Source: Octopus sinensis
Taxonomy: Eukaryota
DNA length: 64,000 nt
Assembly: GCF_006345805.1 (NCBI RefSeq)
Contig: NC_043012.1
Coordinates: 4,216,001-4,280,000, forward strand
Reading direction: 5' to 3'
Both the position numbers and the translations under genes were made by a program. Below, one piece after another: positions 50,614 through 62,690 of the stretch. Each line of letters starts with the position of its first letter. The stretch's first letter is position 1. The notes below the pieces were generated by a model. That model was given only the letters and a program-made list of their open reading frames with translations. It ran no database searches and was not told where the DNA came from.

Positions 50614-50640
50614 TTGAAAAATACCTTAGGAATGAGAATC
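50170..50640. mobile_element. Family P head-to-head inverted composite with 8-bp TSD
   Basis: Two minus-strand heads (50343-50481), one plus-strand head (50484-50560), (TTG/TTA)n and (TAA)n arms; CAGGACAG at 50162-50169 and 50641-50648. Confidence 0.82.
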
Positions 50641-51329
50641 CAGGACAGGTTTCAGTGTTATTAGGTTTCCTCAGTAAAGCATTGCCTGCATAAAGCTATC
50701 TGAATATAAAACTTCATGAACAGTTTATAACTTTGGTATGAAAATAATTCATTGATTAGGCAAGTTAAAATAAATAATATTAAAAAATTGCCCAAGGATG
50801 TTGTTAGCATGAATAACATATAGTTAGGAACAGGCTACCATATTTAATGCGATGGGCTAAAAATAATTTTAATCAATAGAAATTATAACCACAGAAAGAA
50901 AAAATTCATTAATGTTAATGAAAATTACTCATAAAAGAGATCAAGGGAAAGAACTCATAAAATTTCATTCGAGCAAAAATTAAATAACATTATGCAAGAT
51001 GGTTGATAATTTGATTTTTAATAACTATGGTAGCTTTATAATAGTTGATTTAGTGATAACGCATATAATTAATGAGTATCAAAAAGTCTTGTTGAAATGA
51101 TTAACATATCAGTTATTGAACAAACAATGTCTCTTCATTAACACATAAGTATTTCTAATTAGTATTTCTAATGCTTAATACATTAGGTATTTTGTCCCTA
51201 ACTTAGGCATAAAGTCAGTAATTTTCTTGGAAAGGAAGTGAGTCAATAAAATCAATCTCAATACTTGAATACTTAAGTACACTGTTTACATTAGCCAGAC
51301 TGGATCACATGCAGATGTATAATACATGT

Positions 51330-52200
51330 AAGTGGGATTTCTTGCAGTGGTAACTGGAAAAATCTTAGAAGCTAGAGTACCAGACTTGAAGGATATATAT
51401 TGAAGGACAAAGAATTACTGTGTGAAGTGTCATACCTGAGCATGCAATCACAAAGAGAAAGCTCAAATATTCATCTATAGTCAGAAACAGATAGCAGCAA
51501 GATGATGGTTTGACATTTGAAATCAATACTGAGACATTTAAATGGCTGTGTGAACTTTGGCATTAAGTGGAAGGTAGATTTGCAGTTTAGATTCAGAGCA
51601 TATGATGCATTCATTGTAAGATTTAAAAAAACCCTTTAGCATTTTAACCAGCCATATTTGGCTCAAATATTTTACTTTTTTTATGTTCAAACTGGCCAGA
51701 TCTGGACTCACTCACCAACCCTACAATATTTTTCTAAAAAATCAACAGTTACCTCATCAAAATCTCATAGCTACAAAACAGTATATGATTAATTCAAAAC
51801 AATTAGTTTTGACAGAATAATTTGAATGCTAAAAGATTAAACATCTTCCAAGGAATATGTTAAGCTTTTAGCATTGACATTGTACCATAATTGAGGAATT
51901 TGAAGGTGACACAAAAGCTTTCAAAAATCTATGATACCAGGAGGAGTTGTCATAGAGCAGGTATGGGGAACATTTATTGAGAAGCTGGCTATACAAGACG
52001 TGGATCATCATCAGGCAGGCTGCATTGCTAAAAAGACTGAAAGCAATTTCTTATTGGTGTGTCATTCAGAGAGTCCTGCCTGTTGCAGTTTGTCATGATT
52101 GTTATGGAGGAACATCTGGCAAGGATGTTAGCAGCAGTGGTATCTCTACCAGGAATGTATCTGATGTCAAAATTGTAGTGTGATAATGCTATGCACCAGC
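51330..52200 (+). mobile_element. Very old RTE reverse transcriptase remnant (split by a K MITE)
   Basis: Fragmentary resemblance to RT motifs (FVMIVME); heavily decayed. Confidence 0.3.
51630..51842 (+). mobile_element. Family K MITE
   Basis: CCCTTTAGCATT...AATGCTAAAAGATTAA ends. Confidence 0.7.
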
Positions 52201-52246
52201 AAAGAGTCTTGTCTTACATCTCTCTAATATACTATAAAACATATTC

Positions 52247-52634
52247 TCTTATTCTTTTACTTGTTTCAGTCATTTGACTGTGGACATGCTGGAGCACCAC
52301 ATTGAAGGGTTTTAGTCGAACAATACGACCCCAGGACTAATGTTTTTAAAGCCTGGTGCTTATTCTATCTGTCTCTTTTACCAAACTGCGAAGTTATGGG
52401 ATGTAAACACACCAACACTGGTTGTCAAGCAGTGTGTGTGTGTGAGGGGGGTACTAACACAGGCACAAAGACATACACACACGATGGGCTTCTTTCAGTT
52501 TCCATCAATCAAATTCACTCACAGAGTTTTGGTTAGCCCAAGGCTATACTAGAAGACACTTGCCCAAGGTGCCACGCAGTGGAACTGAACCCAGAATTAT
52601 GTGGTTGGGAAGCAAGCTTCTTGCCACACAGCCA
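52247..52634 (-). mobile_element. SINE family A
   Basis: Tail, core and head. Confidence 0.85.
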
Positions 52635-52790
52635 AATGAATTTATTTGTTTTTTACTTTTAGCAAATGTATGATATGATTGTAAACAATTCATCAGCTCA
52701 ATATGTTTGTGGACATAAAAAGGGGGAATAACTATACATACATTGCACTCCTTTTGGAATCTTTGTCAGCAGACATGGATCACTTTTAAA

Positions 52791-53230
52791 CATCTACAAA
52801 CAGGTTGCTTATAAACTCACTAGTATCTGATATCTATCAACACAGTGGTTATAAACTCACTGATATCAGGTATCTATAAACATGTTGCTTATAAACTCAC
52901 TGATATCAGATATCTATATCTATAAACACATTCCTTATAAACTCACTGATATCAGATATCTATAAACACATTGCTTATAAACTCACTGGTATCAGATATC
53001 TATGAACACATTGTTTATAAACTCACTGATATCAGATATCTATAAACACATTGCTTATAAACTCTCTGACATCAGATATCTATAAACACTTTGCTTATAA
53101 ACTCACTGATATCAGATATCTATAAACAGATTGCTTATAAACTCACTGACATCAGATATCTATAAATACATTGCTTATAAACTCTCTGACATCAGATATC
53201 TATAAACACATTGCTTATAAACTCACTGAT
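52791..53230. repeat. 40-bp minisatellite, about 11 units
   Basis: Unit ATAAACTCACTGATATCAGATATCTATAAACACATTGCTT; unit starts at 52811, 52851, 52891, 52937 and then every 40 nt to 53217. Confidence 0.95.
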
Positions 53231-53451
53231 GCAGTGAAATGAGATATTACATTACTATATATTTGACCCTTTTGATACCAACCCAGCTGAAGCCACCTCT
53301 GGCTCTGCAGTACAAATGTCTTGTTTTCATAAGGTCTGAATTAAAATCTTCTACCAAACCTTAGTCACAATTTATGTTCCTAACACCAATTGAATGATAA
53401 CTAAATTATTTTACTAAATTCTTTGTTATATTGAAAATTAATTTAAAGAGA

Positions 53452-53650
53452 TGGCATTAGGAAGGACATGGCGTTAGGAAGGGCATGGTGTTAGGAAGGG
53501 TTGGCATTAAGAAGGGCATCCAGCTGTAGAAACTCTGCCAGATCAGATTGGAGTTTGGTGCAGCCATCTGGTTCACCAGACCTCAGTCAAATCGTCCAAC
53601 CCATGCTAGCATGGAAAGCGGACATTAACGACGATGATGATGATGATGAC
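53452..53650 (+). mobile_element. RTE 3' tail with four-fold reiterated 5' junction
   Basis: Four 16-17 nt TGGCATTAGGAAGGGCA-like units precede the tail. Confidence 0.88.
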
Positions 53651-53849
53651 AGAGCATCTCAAAATAAATATGGTAATGAAAGAGTTAAAGGTAGTGCATG
53701 ACTGCTAATGAAGTCTTCAAAAGGAGTCAAAATCCCCCCTTTTTATGTCAGCAAACCTATTGTACAGACAAATTGTTTTCAAATGTTATACAAAATATTC
53801 ATACAATACATTTAAATTGGGGATAAAAACCCAAAAAACAAACTGGCAT

Positions 53850-54163
53850 TCCATTGGTCATGATGATGAAAGTTCTTGTTAATCCACTCAATGGAACAGT
53901 CATGCTTGGGAAATTAAAATGCAATTGGCTGAGTACTCCACAAACACATGTACCCTTAATATAGTTCTCAGGGAGAAGATTCAGCATGACACAGAATGTG
54001 ACAAGGCTAGCTCTTTGAATTACAGGTATTACTCATTTTTGCCAGGTGAGTAGACTAGAGCAATGTGAAATAAAGTGTCTTGCTCAGGGACACAATGTGT
54101 CGATGGGAACTCATGTCCATATGACCATAAACTGAATACCTTAATGACTAAGACATGTATTTT
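53850..54163 (-). mobile_element. SINE family B3 (diverged)
   Basis: Homologous to 24556-24853. Confidence 0.7.
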
Positions 54164-54224
54164 CAGACAATACATTATAGCGATGAGATGAAAAACTGTC
54201 AACTCACTAGGAAATTATTATCAT

Positions 54225-54569
54225 TTATTACCTCCGCCTTCGCAAAGGTGGAGGTATTGTTTTCAGTTGTGTTTGTTTGGACAAAATATTTCAAGAACTG
54301 CTGGATGGATTCAGATGAAACTTTTAGGGATGTTTGGCCTCGTGACTGGCACGAACTAGTTAGACTTTGGGATTGATCATGTACCGGACAAAGATTCTGG
54401 ATTATTTTACGTTTTTTTTTTTTACTGAATTTTTGAGAGTGGTCAGGTTCATATTTAGTATTCTCACTTATGAGAGCAGTTGAGTTTATTTCAGATATTC
54501 TCATTTTAAAAATTATCTCCTGCTAATTGTTGCCTTGGTGAAGGTTTGCAATCTCTGGGCTTTCTTGTT
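54225..54569 (+). mobile_element. HINE/DINE-1-like element, second copy
   Basis: ACCTCCGCCTT-CGCA-AAGGTGGAGGT hairpin; homologous to 35740-36107. Confidence 0.6.
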
Positions 54570-56194
54570 ATATTTCCAATACCTTTGTGACTAAATATGA
54601 ATGTGATTGCTTTTTGATCAGTGTGTAATATAAAATATCCTTGAAATAAAAGAAGTTTGCCATTTCTTAACTTTGTCTATGGTAGCAGTAGCTTCCTTTC
54701 CAATTGGTGTGACATTTTGTTCAAGGTTAGGAAAAGTTCTTGAGAAGAAAGTAACAGGTTTATTATAATGTGAAAGGATACTTAAAATTGTAGTTACAGA
54801 GGGATCACTCTCAACATCTAGGGGAAATTTAAGTCAGATAGTTGAGACAGGTATTGATATTTGAATTTGCTGTCTTTTGGGAAGGTCATTACACCAATAA
54901 TAAATACACACACTGTTTCAGTTTCACTTCTTTATCATTAGTCAATTGGTTTTTTGCTTAACCTACAAACTAATCAATTGTTTGCTTAATCACCAAGTTT
55001 ATCAATCACTCAGTTGTTTGTGAAAGTTCTTTTGCCTCCATTAGCAACTTCATCAGTAACATTCCCTTTCTAACTGAGTGATTGAGTAAGCAATCGATAA
55101 GTTAGTTAGATAACTAACCAGTTAACTGATAACAAAGAAGTGAAATAGAACTAGTGTATGTGTTTATTGTTGGCATAACGACCCTTCCAAGATACAACAA
55201 AATCTGTTTCAATCTAGAACCTTGCACGCCGAATACAAAAACTTACTATTTGTAGTTTTAAGCAAACCCAGTTGTTTAGCATTGTTACATGAAAGATAAC
55301 CAACAAAAGGTTTGAATATTTCTAGATTGGGTTACTGAGAACTATTTTCTATTTTGTATCCTAGGTAACAAATGAACGTTTGAAAGAAAAGATATATGTT
55401 TATTGCTCATTGCAATATTGAGTTTGTTAGCCACTGGAATAAATCAAACTGAGTTTCTATTGTGTTCCGCAGTAGTTTTGCCAGTGGCAATAAGATTGTT
55501 GAGACAGGCATGGACCATTTTGAAATAATTATCAGTAAGTATACAATACATCACTCTATGAAAAAACCACGGCATTATTTACGTCAAAGACTAACCTTGA
55601 AAACTGAAATAAACCTTCATCTGTTTGAAATACATTTTGTATACCTCCTCCTATTGTCACTGTTGTGCAGAATCTGATATAACATATTTAGATTCATTTC
55701 ACAGCAGAAGTTATTGCAGGAAATAGAATATACGAGATCTTCAAAATTAAGAAGTGGACAGGTGTCTAAGAAAGTACAAATGATTTATTGTTTGTGAATA
55801 GTCGATAACAAGGTGTTGTTTGCTTACTCTTTCTGAATACTTACAGTTTGTGCTTGCCATGAAAGAAGGTGAGGTTTCAAAAAATATCTTTTAGCAAAAT
55901 GCTGTTTAGTTTCTTCCTTAATAAACAGTTCTTGAAGTAATGGAAAAGTGGTGTGATTTAGTTGCAATCGGTAACTGATCATTGTGTGTGTTAGGAAAAT
56001 ATGAGATGAGATGAGTGACATGAGAACAAGATAAGAAGCAATAACATTTTTTTTTTAATAATCCTCTGTGTTTAAATAAATCAGAGCCACACCTTTTGAG
56101 AAAATCATGACTTAGAATTGTAGAGGAACACAAAATAAGTAAAACATTTAAACATTACTTGATGTATATATGTATGTGTATATATATATATATA

Positions 56195-57430
56195 ATCATC
56201 ATCATCATCATCATCATCATCATTATCATCATTTAACGTCTGTTTTCCATGCTGGCATGGGTTAGACGGTTTGACTGAGGACTGGCGAGCCAGAAGGCTG
56301 CACCAGGCTCCAATCTGATCTGGTAAGGTATCTACAGCTGGATGTCCTTCCTGACGCCAACCACTCCGAGAGTGTAGCGGGTGCTTTCTATGTGCTACCA
56401 GCACCAGGGCCAGTTTCTGCATTGACCACCAGATAAGGGATCGGGGGACCCTGTCAAAAGCTTTCACCATGTCAATGGAAGCCAAGTACAGAGGTTTATC
56501 TTTGGCTAGGTGTTTCTCCTGCAGCCGTCTTAGCAGAAATATAGCATCAGTGGTGCTTCTCCATGGCACAAATCCAAATTGCAGCTTGTCTAAACAAACT
56601 CTCTCCCTAATTAGTTGGGCTATGACCCTCTCTGTGACTTTCATCACCTCTGTAATTATTTGTATCTAATGCATCACCTTTACCTTTGTAGTAGTTGATT
56701 ATGGTACTGCTACACCAATCATTGGGTATGACTCTTTCTGTATCACCTGATTGACTATATGGGTGACTAGACTATAGCCTACACTGCCAGATATTTTAAG
56801 CATCTCTGCAGTAATTCCTGATGGGTTGGGGGCTTTACCTGTCTTCATACCCTTAATTACTTTATCTACCAAGGTACTTTCAATTCGGATAGCCGATCTC
56901 TCTATTGGATTGACATTTGTCAGACTCTTTCTCCCATTCATTCTCTTCATTTAGCAACCTTTCATAGTGGTGTCTCCAATCCTCTCTCTTTACAGCCTCA
57001 TTAAATGCAGGTGAGCCATCATCCATGAGGACACATTTCTCTCCTATGACATTATGATTCTCCCTCACACACTGTCTTGCAACATGAAGCATTTCAAATC
57101 TTTGGTCCTCACAATGCAGAACATTGGCAAATTTTTTCTTATCTGCTTCCCCTCTGGCTAAGTAAATTTGTCTCCTAGCTTCCCTTCTGGCAATCTGATA
57201 CAATTCTCTGCTACCACTGTTCTTCCAGTCCTTCCATGCCTGTTTCTTTTCCTTAATGGCTCTGTCAACTACATTGTTCCACTACCGCATTACCTTAGGT
57301 TGAGAGGGGACTTTGCACCATCCACTGATCTGGTCAGTAGCCTGCAACAGGTTGTCCCATAGGAACCTCCAGTTGTCTTCCACATTATGTGATGCTATAT
57401 CCTCCTCTATTTCGTCAAAAATTTTGATAT
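56195..57430 (-). mobile_element. RTE-clade LINE, internally deleted and pseudogenised
   Basis: KAPNPSGITAEMLK...QFGFVPWRSTTDAIFLLRRLQEKHLAKDKPLYLASIDMVKAFDRVPR (RT domains 0-2), fused to the 3' UTR end. Confidence 0.95.
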
Positions 57431-57457
57431 TTATATATACATACATACATACATACA

Positions 57458-57526
<69 letters not shown>

Positions 57527-57528
<2 letters not shown>

Positions 57529-57775
57529 GTGTCTGGGGAGAGTTATTCTTAATGACTTGTGACTTAGTAATTAACGCATCAACAGCTATTGAAGAGGTTG
57601 CAAAAAGCAACAAAGATATTAGAAGAAATGAATAAGTAAATGAGTAGAAATTGAACTTGTGAGTGTGTTAATTAATAAGACATTAAAAGAGAATGATTCT
57701 TCCCAGACACAGTAAAATATGCTTCAACACACAAATTCCCGTAAAGAATCTTGCAAACCAAATACAAAAACATTA
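57527..57775 (+). mobile_element. Family M foldback element in (TA)n
   Basis: Short left-arm remnant GTGTCTGGGGAGAG plus a full right arm. Confidence 0.7.
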
Positions 57776-57783
57776 TATATATA

Positions 57784-57814
<31 letters not shown>

Positions 57815-57968
57815 GTCAATTCAGGAGTATCTTATCCTCATTAGGGAATAATAAATCCAAAATATCACTGGTTTAAACTCCATCACTTTAGAAGAAAATT
57901 TCTATATGTTATGGATTATTGTAATAGATAAAATTAACATTATAAGAAAATGGAGTATTGAGGATGTA

Positions 57969-58302
57969 TTCTTTTATTCTTTTATTTGTTTCAGTCATTT
58001 GACTGTGGCCATACTGGAGCACCACCTTTAGTCAAACAAATTGACCCCCCCCCCACCGAACTTATTCTTTGTCAAGTGATGTTGGGAAGAGGGGCAAATA
58101 CACACATGCACAAACACACGCACACATACACATACACAAATACACGCACACACATATATATATGACAGGCTTCTTTCAGATTCTGTCTACTAAATCTAAT
58201 CACAAGGCTTTGGTTGGCCTGAGGCTATAGTAGAAGACACTTGCCCAAGGTGCCACACAGTGGGACTGAACCCGCAACCATGTGGTTGGTAAGCAAGCTA
58301 TT
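57969..58302 (-). mobile_element. SINE family A with deletions
   Basis: Tail, core and partial head. Confidence 0.8.
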
Positions 58303-58420
58303 TATAAATATACAATATAATGTAATATAACACCCATACACACTCATGTACACACATATATGTGGATGTGTATATGTATATATACATATATGTGTATATC
58401 AGATATGCATATATGTGTGT

Positions 58421-58728
58421 AACATCAACATCAAAATAAAAATCAAATGGAAATTGTAGTCGTGATACCCGTGCCGGTGGCACGTAAAAAGCGCCAACTG
58501 ATCATGGCCATTGCCAGCCACCCCTGTCCCCTGTGCCAGTGGCACGTAAAAAGCACCCACTCCACTCACGGAGTGGCAGGTGGTAGGAAGGGCATCCAGC
58601 TGTAGAAACACTGCTAGATCAGACTGGAACGTGGTGCAGCCTCCTGGCTTCCCAGACCCCGGTCGAACCGTCCAACCTATGCTAGCACGGAAAATGGACA
58701 TTAAACGTTGATGATGATGATGATGATG
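58421..58728 (+). mobile_element. RTE 3' UTR fragment
   Basis: Subrepeats, hairpin and (GAT)n. Confidence 0.88.
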
Positions 58729-58764
58729 TGTGTATATGTGTAAATCATATTATCTATCTATACA

Positions 58765-59377
58765 GGCCCTCTGATGGTTATGAGGATAAGGGTTCCAGCT
58801 GGAGGTAACCCCAACTAAGCTGAACTTCACAATCCTCTTGTTGTTATTGATCCTTCCTGAATCATATAGTCTCATAGGGCTGGTTTCCTGGTTTCCTTGT
58901 TCACAATGAGTGATCCATGTCAAGATTATTCATTTTTGCCAGTCGAGTGGACTGGAGCAAGGTGAAACAAAGTATCTTGCTCAAGAACCCAATGCATCAC
59001 CAGGTTCAGGAATTGAACCCACAATCTTGCTGGGGCTGCCTGCTGGAGCCTATGCGGCAGGTATTTAAAGGGAAAAATTTGACAAGACAGTCAGTCACCG
59101 GCTGACACTCACTGACAATACATCGAAAAGGCCAGGGAACAGAAGAAAGAAGAAGACATGCACCCAACACCAGAGCTGAAGACACCTCCGAAAGGAGGCG
59201 GGGGCGCCACATCAAAACGGTAGAGGAGTAGGGACTGAAACCGGATGTGGTTCCTCCTGATGATGTCTTGAGCTAACTGGATCCTATAAAGGAGCTGTTC
59301 GGGTAGCAGACCATGAAACACGGTTGAAATTCCCCAGTTATGAGTCCAGCAGCCTAACCACTAAGCTATGCACTTCC
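58765..59377 (-). mobile_element. CORE-type SINE (B3-like) whose head is split by a ~310-bp GC-rich insert
   Basis: Head halves at 59338-59377 and below 59028; insert at 59029-59337. Confidence 0.65.
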
Positions 59378-59740
59378 ATTTTGTAGTTTCGCCACTTCCT
59401 TTTTTTACATGTTGTTGCTGTCGTTGTTGTTATTGTAAGCTTGGGTTATTCCTGACAGAGCCGGTCATATTTCATTTTGTCCTAGATTATATATTCAGGA
59501 CTATGGTTTCCAATGTATGTTGTTTGAAAGAGCTAGATACAATTGGAGGGAGATCAGGGTGTTATTCATGGCAAATCAAGCAGTCACTTAAAGGTGCCAC
59601 CCTCACCCCTACCAATTCCAACCCCAACACCAACCTCCAGCTTGTTCTCTCTCTAACAGGTTATAACACCACCCCAAATTGTTTTCGAAAATGAATTCTT
59701 AAGAGCTATTAAATTTACTGGGGACAGAGAAGGGGAGAGG

Positions 59741-59773
59741 TGAAAAAGAAGAAGAAGAAGACGATGATGTTGG

Positions 59774-59807
<34 letters not shown>

Positions 59808-60210
59808 GATAATGGTGGTGGCAGTAGTGGTGGTGGTGTTGATGATGATAATGATGATGATGATGGTGGTGGTGGTAGTGGTGGAGGTAGTGGTGGTGGT
59901 AGTGGTGTTGGTGGTGGTGGTGATGATGATGGTGGTGATGATGATGATGATGGTGGTGGTGATGATGATGATGAGGATGATAACGATAATGATGATGATG
60001 ATGGTGGTGGTGGTAGTGGTGTTGGTGGTGGCGGTGGTGATGATGGTGATGGTGATGATGGTGGTGGTGGTGGTGGTGATGAAGGTGTGTGAAGATGATG
60101 ATGATGATTGTGGTGGTGATGATGATGATGATGATGATAATGATAATGACGATGAAGATGGTGGGGATGACGCTGCTGCCGACGACGACAACCATGACGA
60201 TAATGATATT
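59741..60210. repeat. (GAT/GGT)n trinucleotide array
   Basis: Direct reading. Confidence 0.95.
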
Positions 60211-60709
60211 GAGGCTGTTTAAACAGAAGAAGCAAATTTAAGCTTATTTAGTTTCTTCATTTTCTTTTTCTTTTTTTTTGTTTGTTTTGTCAATGCAGAA
60301 GGAGAGACTGTGTTTTCATTAAGAACAAGTTTCTGTTGGAGATAAAATATAATTTAATTGGATTAAGTTATAGAATAAATGATTAAACTTGAAACAGCGA
60401 AAGATAATGCAGAGATTCTGTTGGAAGTTAATAGAAGAAAGTTAATGTTGTGTGTGCTAAAATGGATGCATGGGTGTGCCGCACAGTGGAGTTACTATGT
60501 GCCTCTGTGTGTGTGTGAGCATGCATGTGTGTGTGTGTGTGTGTGTGCGTGTGTGTGTGTGTGTGCGTGTGTGTGTATGTGCATGTGTGTGTGTGGTGTG
60601 TGTGTAAGATTTATTGAGAAGTTTATGTCTAAGATTTCTCTATCAGGAATTCTCTTTTTTTTTTCACCTCATTACCCACCCCCATTATCTTCTTTTATCT
60701 ATTCCCTAT

Positions 60710-61110
60710 CATCATCCTCACCACCACCACCACCACCACCAACAACAACAACAACTACACCATCATTAAGGTTCTTATCATTATCATCATCCTCATCATC
60801 ATCATCATCATCATCATCGTCATCATCATCATCATCATCATCATCACCATCATCATCGTCATCATCATCATCATCATCATCATCACCATCATCATTGTCA
60901 TTATCACCACCACACTACCATCATTATCTTTATGATCATTATTATGATCATGATCGTCATCATCATCATCATCCTCATTATCATCAGCAGCAGCAGCAGC
61001 AGGAGCAACCTTATCTTGAACATCATCAGAGCTGTTATTATCGTAATCACTTTCATCACTTCACAGCTGCCGACTTCTTCTTCTCTCTTCCTCTTTCTTT
61101 TCATCATCAC

Positions 61111-61160
<50 letters not shown>

Positions 61161-61170
61161 CCATCATCAC

Positions 61171-61223
<53 letters not shown>

Positions 61224-61247
61224 CCATCATCACCATCATCATCATCC

Positions 61248-61295
<48 letters not shown>

Positions 61296-61312
61296 CCATC
61301 ATCACCATCACA
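60710..61312. repeat. (CAT/CAC)n trinucleotide arrays
   Basis: Direct reading. Confidence 0.95.
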
Positions 61313-61399
61313 TATGTATATACTTGTAACTATAGTTACAACTAGTACCGTTAGTAACACTCATTTGGACTATGTCTGATGCTACAACAATAGATGCCA

Positions 61400-62080
61400 C
61401 TACCACGATTGCAACCACCACCACTGGCACCACCACAACTACTGTAGCTGCTACTGCATCATCACAATCACTATCACCATCAGGAACACGACTGCTAGCA
61501 TCATAAAGACCATCACAACTTCCACCAAACAACAACAACAACAACAACAACAACAGTAACACCACCATAACTGGCAGCAGCACCACCACTACCACTATCA
61601 CCACAACCCCACAAACACTAGCAGCACCACCACTATCAGCACCACCACTGCTGCTGCCGCCACTGCTGCTGCCACCACTGCTGCTGCTGCCACTGCCCCC
61701 CACTACTATTGTCACCACCACCACCACCACCACTGCCACTGCCGCCACCAACACCACCACAACAAGAACAACATCAACAACTACCACGACCACGACCACG
61801 ACCACCACCATCACCACCATCACCACCACCACCACCATCACTACCACTACCACCACCACTGAGCCACCAACACAACCACAACAACAACATCAACAACTAC
61901 CACTGCTAACAACAACAACATCACCACCTCCACAACAACTCAATCACCACCACCACCTTTACCACATGTAGCATCAACACCACTACCACCACTGTCACCA
62001 CCACCACCATCACCACGACCACAACCACTACTATCACCACAACCAGAAACAGTAGCAACACCACCACCATCACCCTCGTT
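61400..62080. repeat. Degenerate (ACC/AAC/GCT)n low-complexity tract
   Basis: Direct reading. Confidence 0.85.
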
Positions 62081-62475
62081 AGCACAGCAAATGATATGAG
62101 TAAACAAAGGAGCCTGTCTGTGCTTACACAATCTGCTAAAAATAGTAGCTAAATCTCCATCAAACTACATCATAGTCTTGAAAAAGAAAGGGCATAATGG
62201 ACAATTGCTCCAGTTAACTCCACTACAGTGAGTATCAGTCAGGGGCTGGTGCAGCCCTACCCCCCTCCAACTGTCACATTCTGGATGCAAGGGCCCAAGA
62301 AGGTGTCCATGTCTTCTTATGATTGCATGGTCACCAAAAGCAATTAGTGGATGCATAACCTTGTGAGCTGCATGGTGACCTCAACAGTGCTGATAGCATG
62401 AAAGAAGTATCCAGTTCACACTTTAAAAGTAGTTGGCATTAGAAAGGGCATCAAGCGGTAACATATTACAACCAG

Positions 62476-62690
62476 TAAGGTGGTGTACTGGCAGAAACAT
62501 TAGCACGCTGGCCGAAATGCTTAGCCGTATTTCGTCTGTCTTTACGTTATCAGTTCAAATTCCACTGAGTTCGACTTTACTTCTCAGCCTTTCAGGGTCG
62601 ATAAATTAAGTAACCGTTGCATACTGGGGTCGATCTAATCGACTGCTTTTGTTTAAATTCTCCTTGTGTTCTTTCTGTTCAGCCCTTGGC
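62476..62690 (+). mobile_element. SINE family E
   Basis: CAGTTCAAATTCC...CGACTTTACTTCTCAGCCTTTCAGGGTCGATAAATTAAGTA...GGGGTCGATCTAATCGACT. Confidence 0.8.

Noticed and set aside
50645-50685. Minus-strand CTGAGGA...GAAACCTGTC
   Set aside because: Neither stem I nor stem II pairs.
52791-53230. CRISPR-like array
   Set aside because: The units are contiguous with no unique spacers, no cas genes are present and the context is eukaryotic.
61371-61505. Thr-rich mucin-like short ORF
   Set aside because: It lies in an ACC-rich low-complexity tract, is short and has no signal peptide or splice support.
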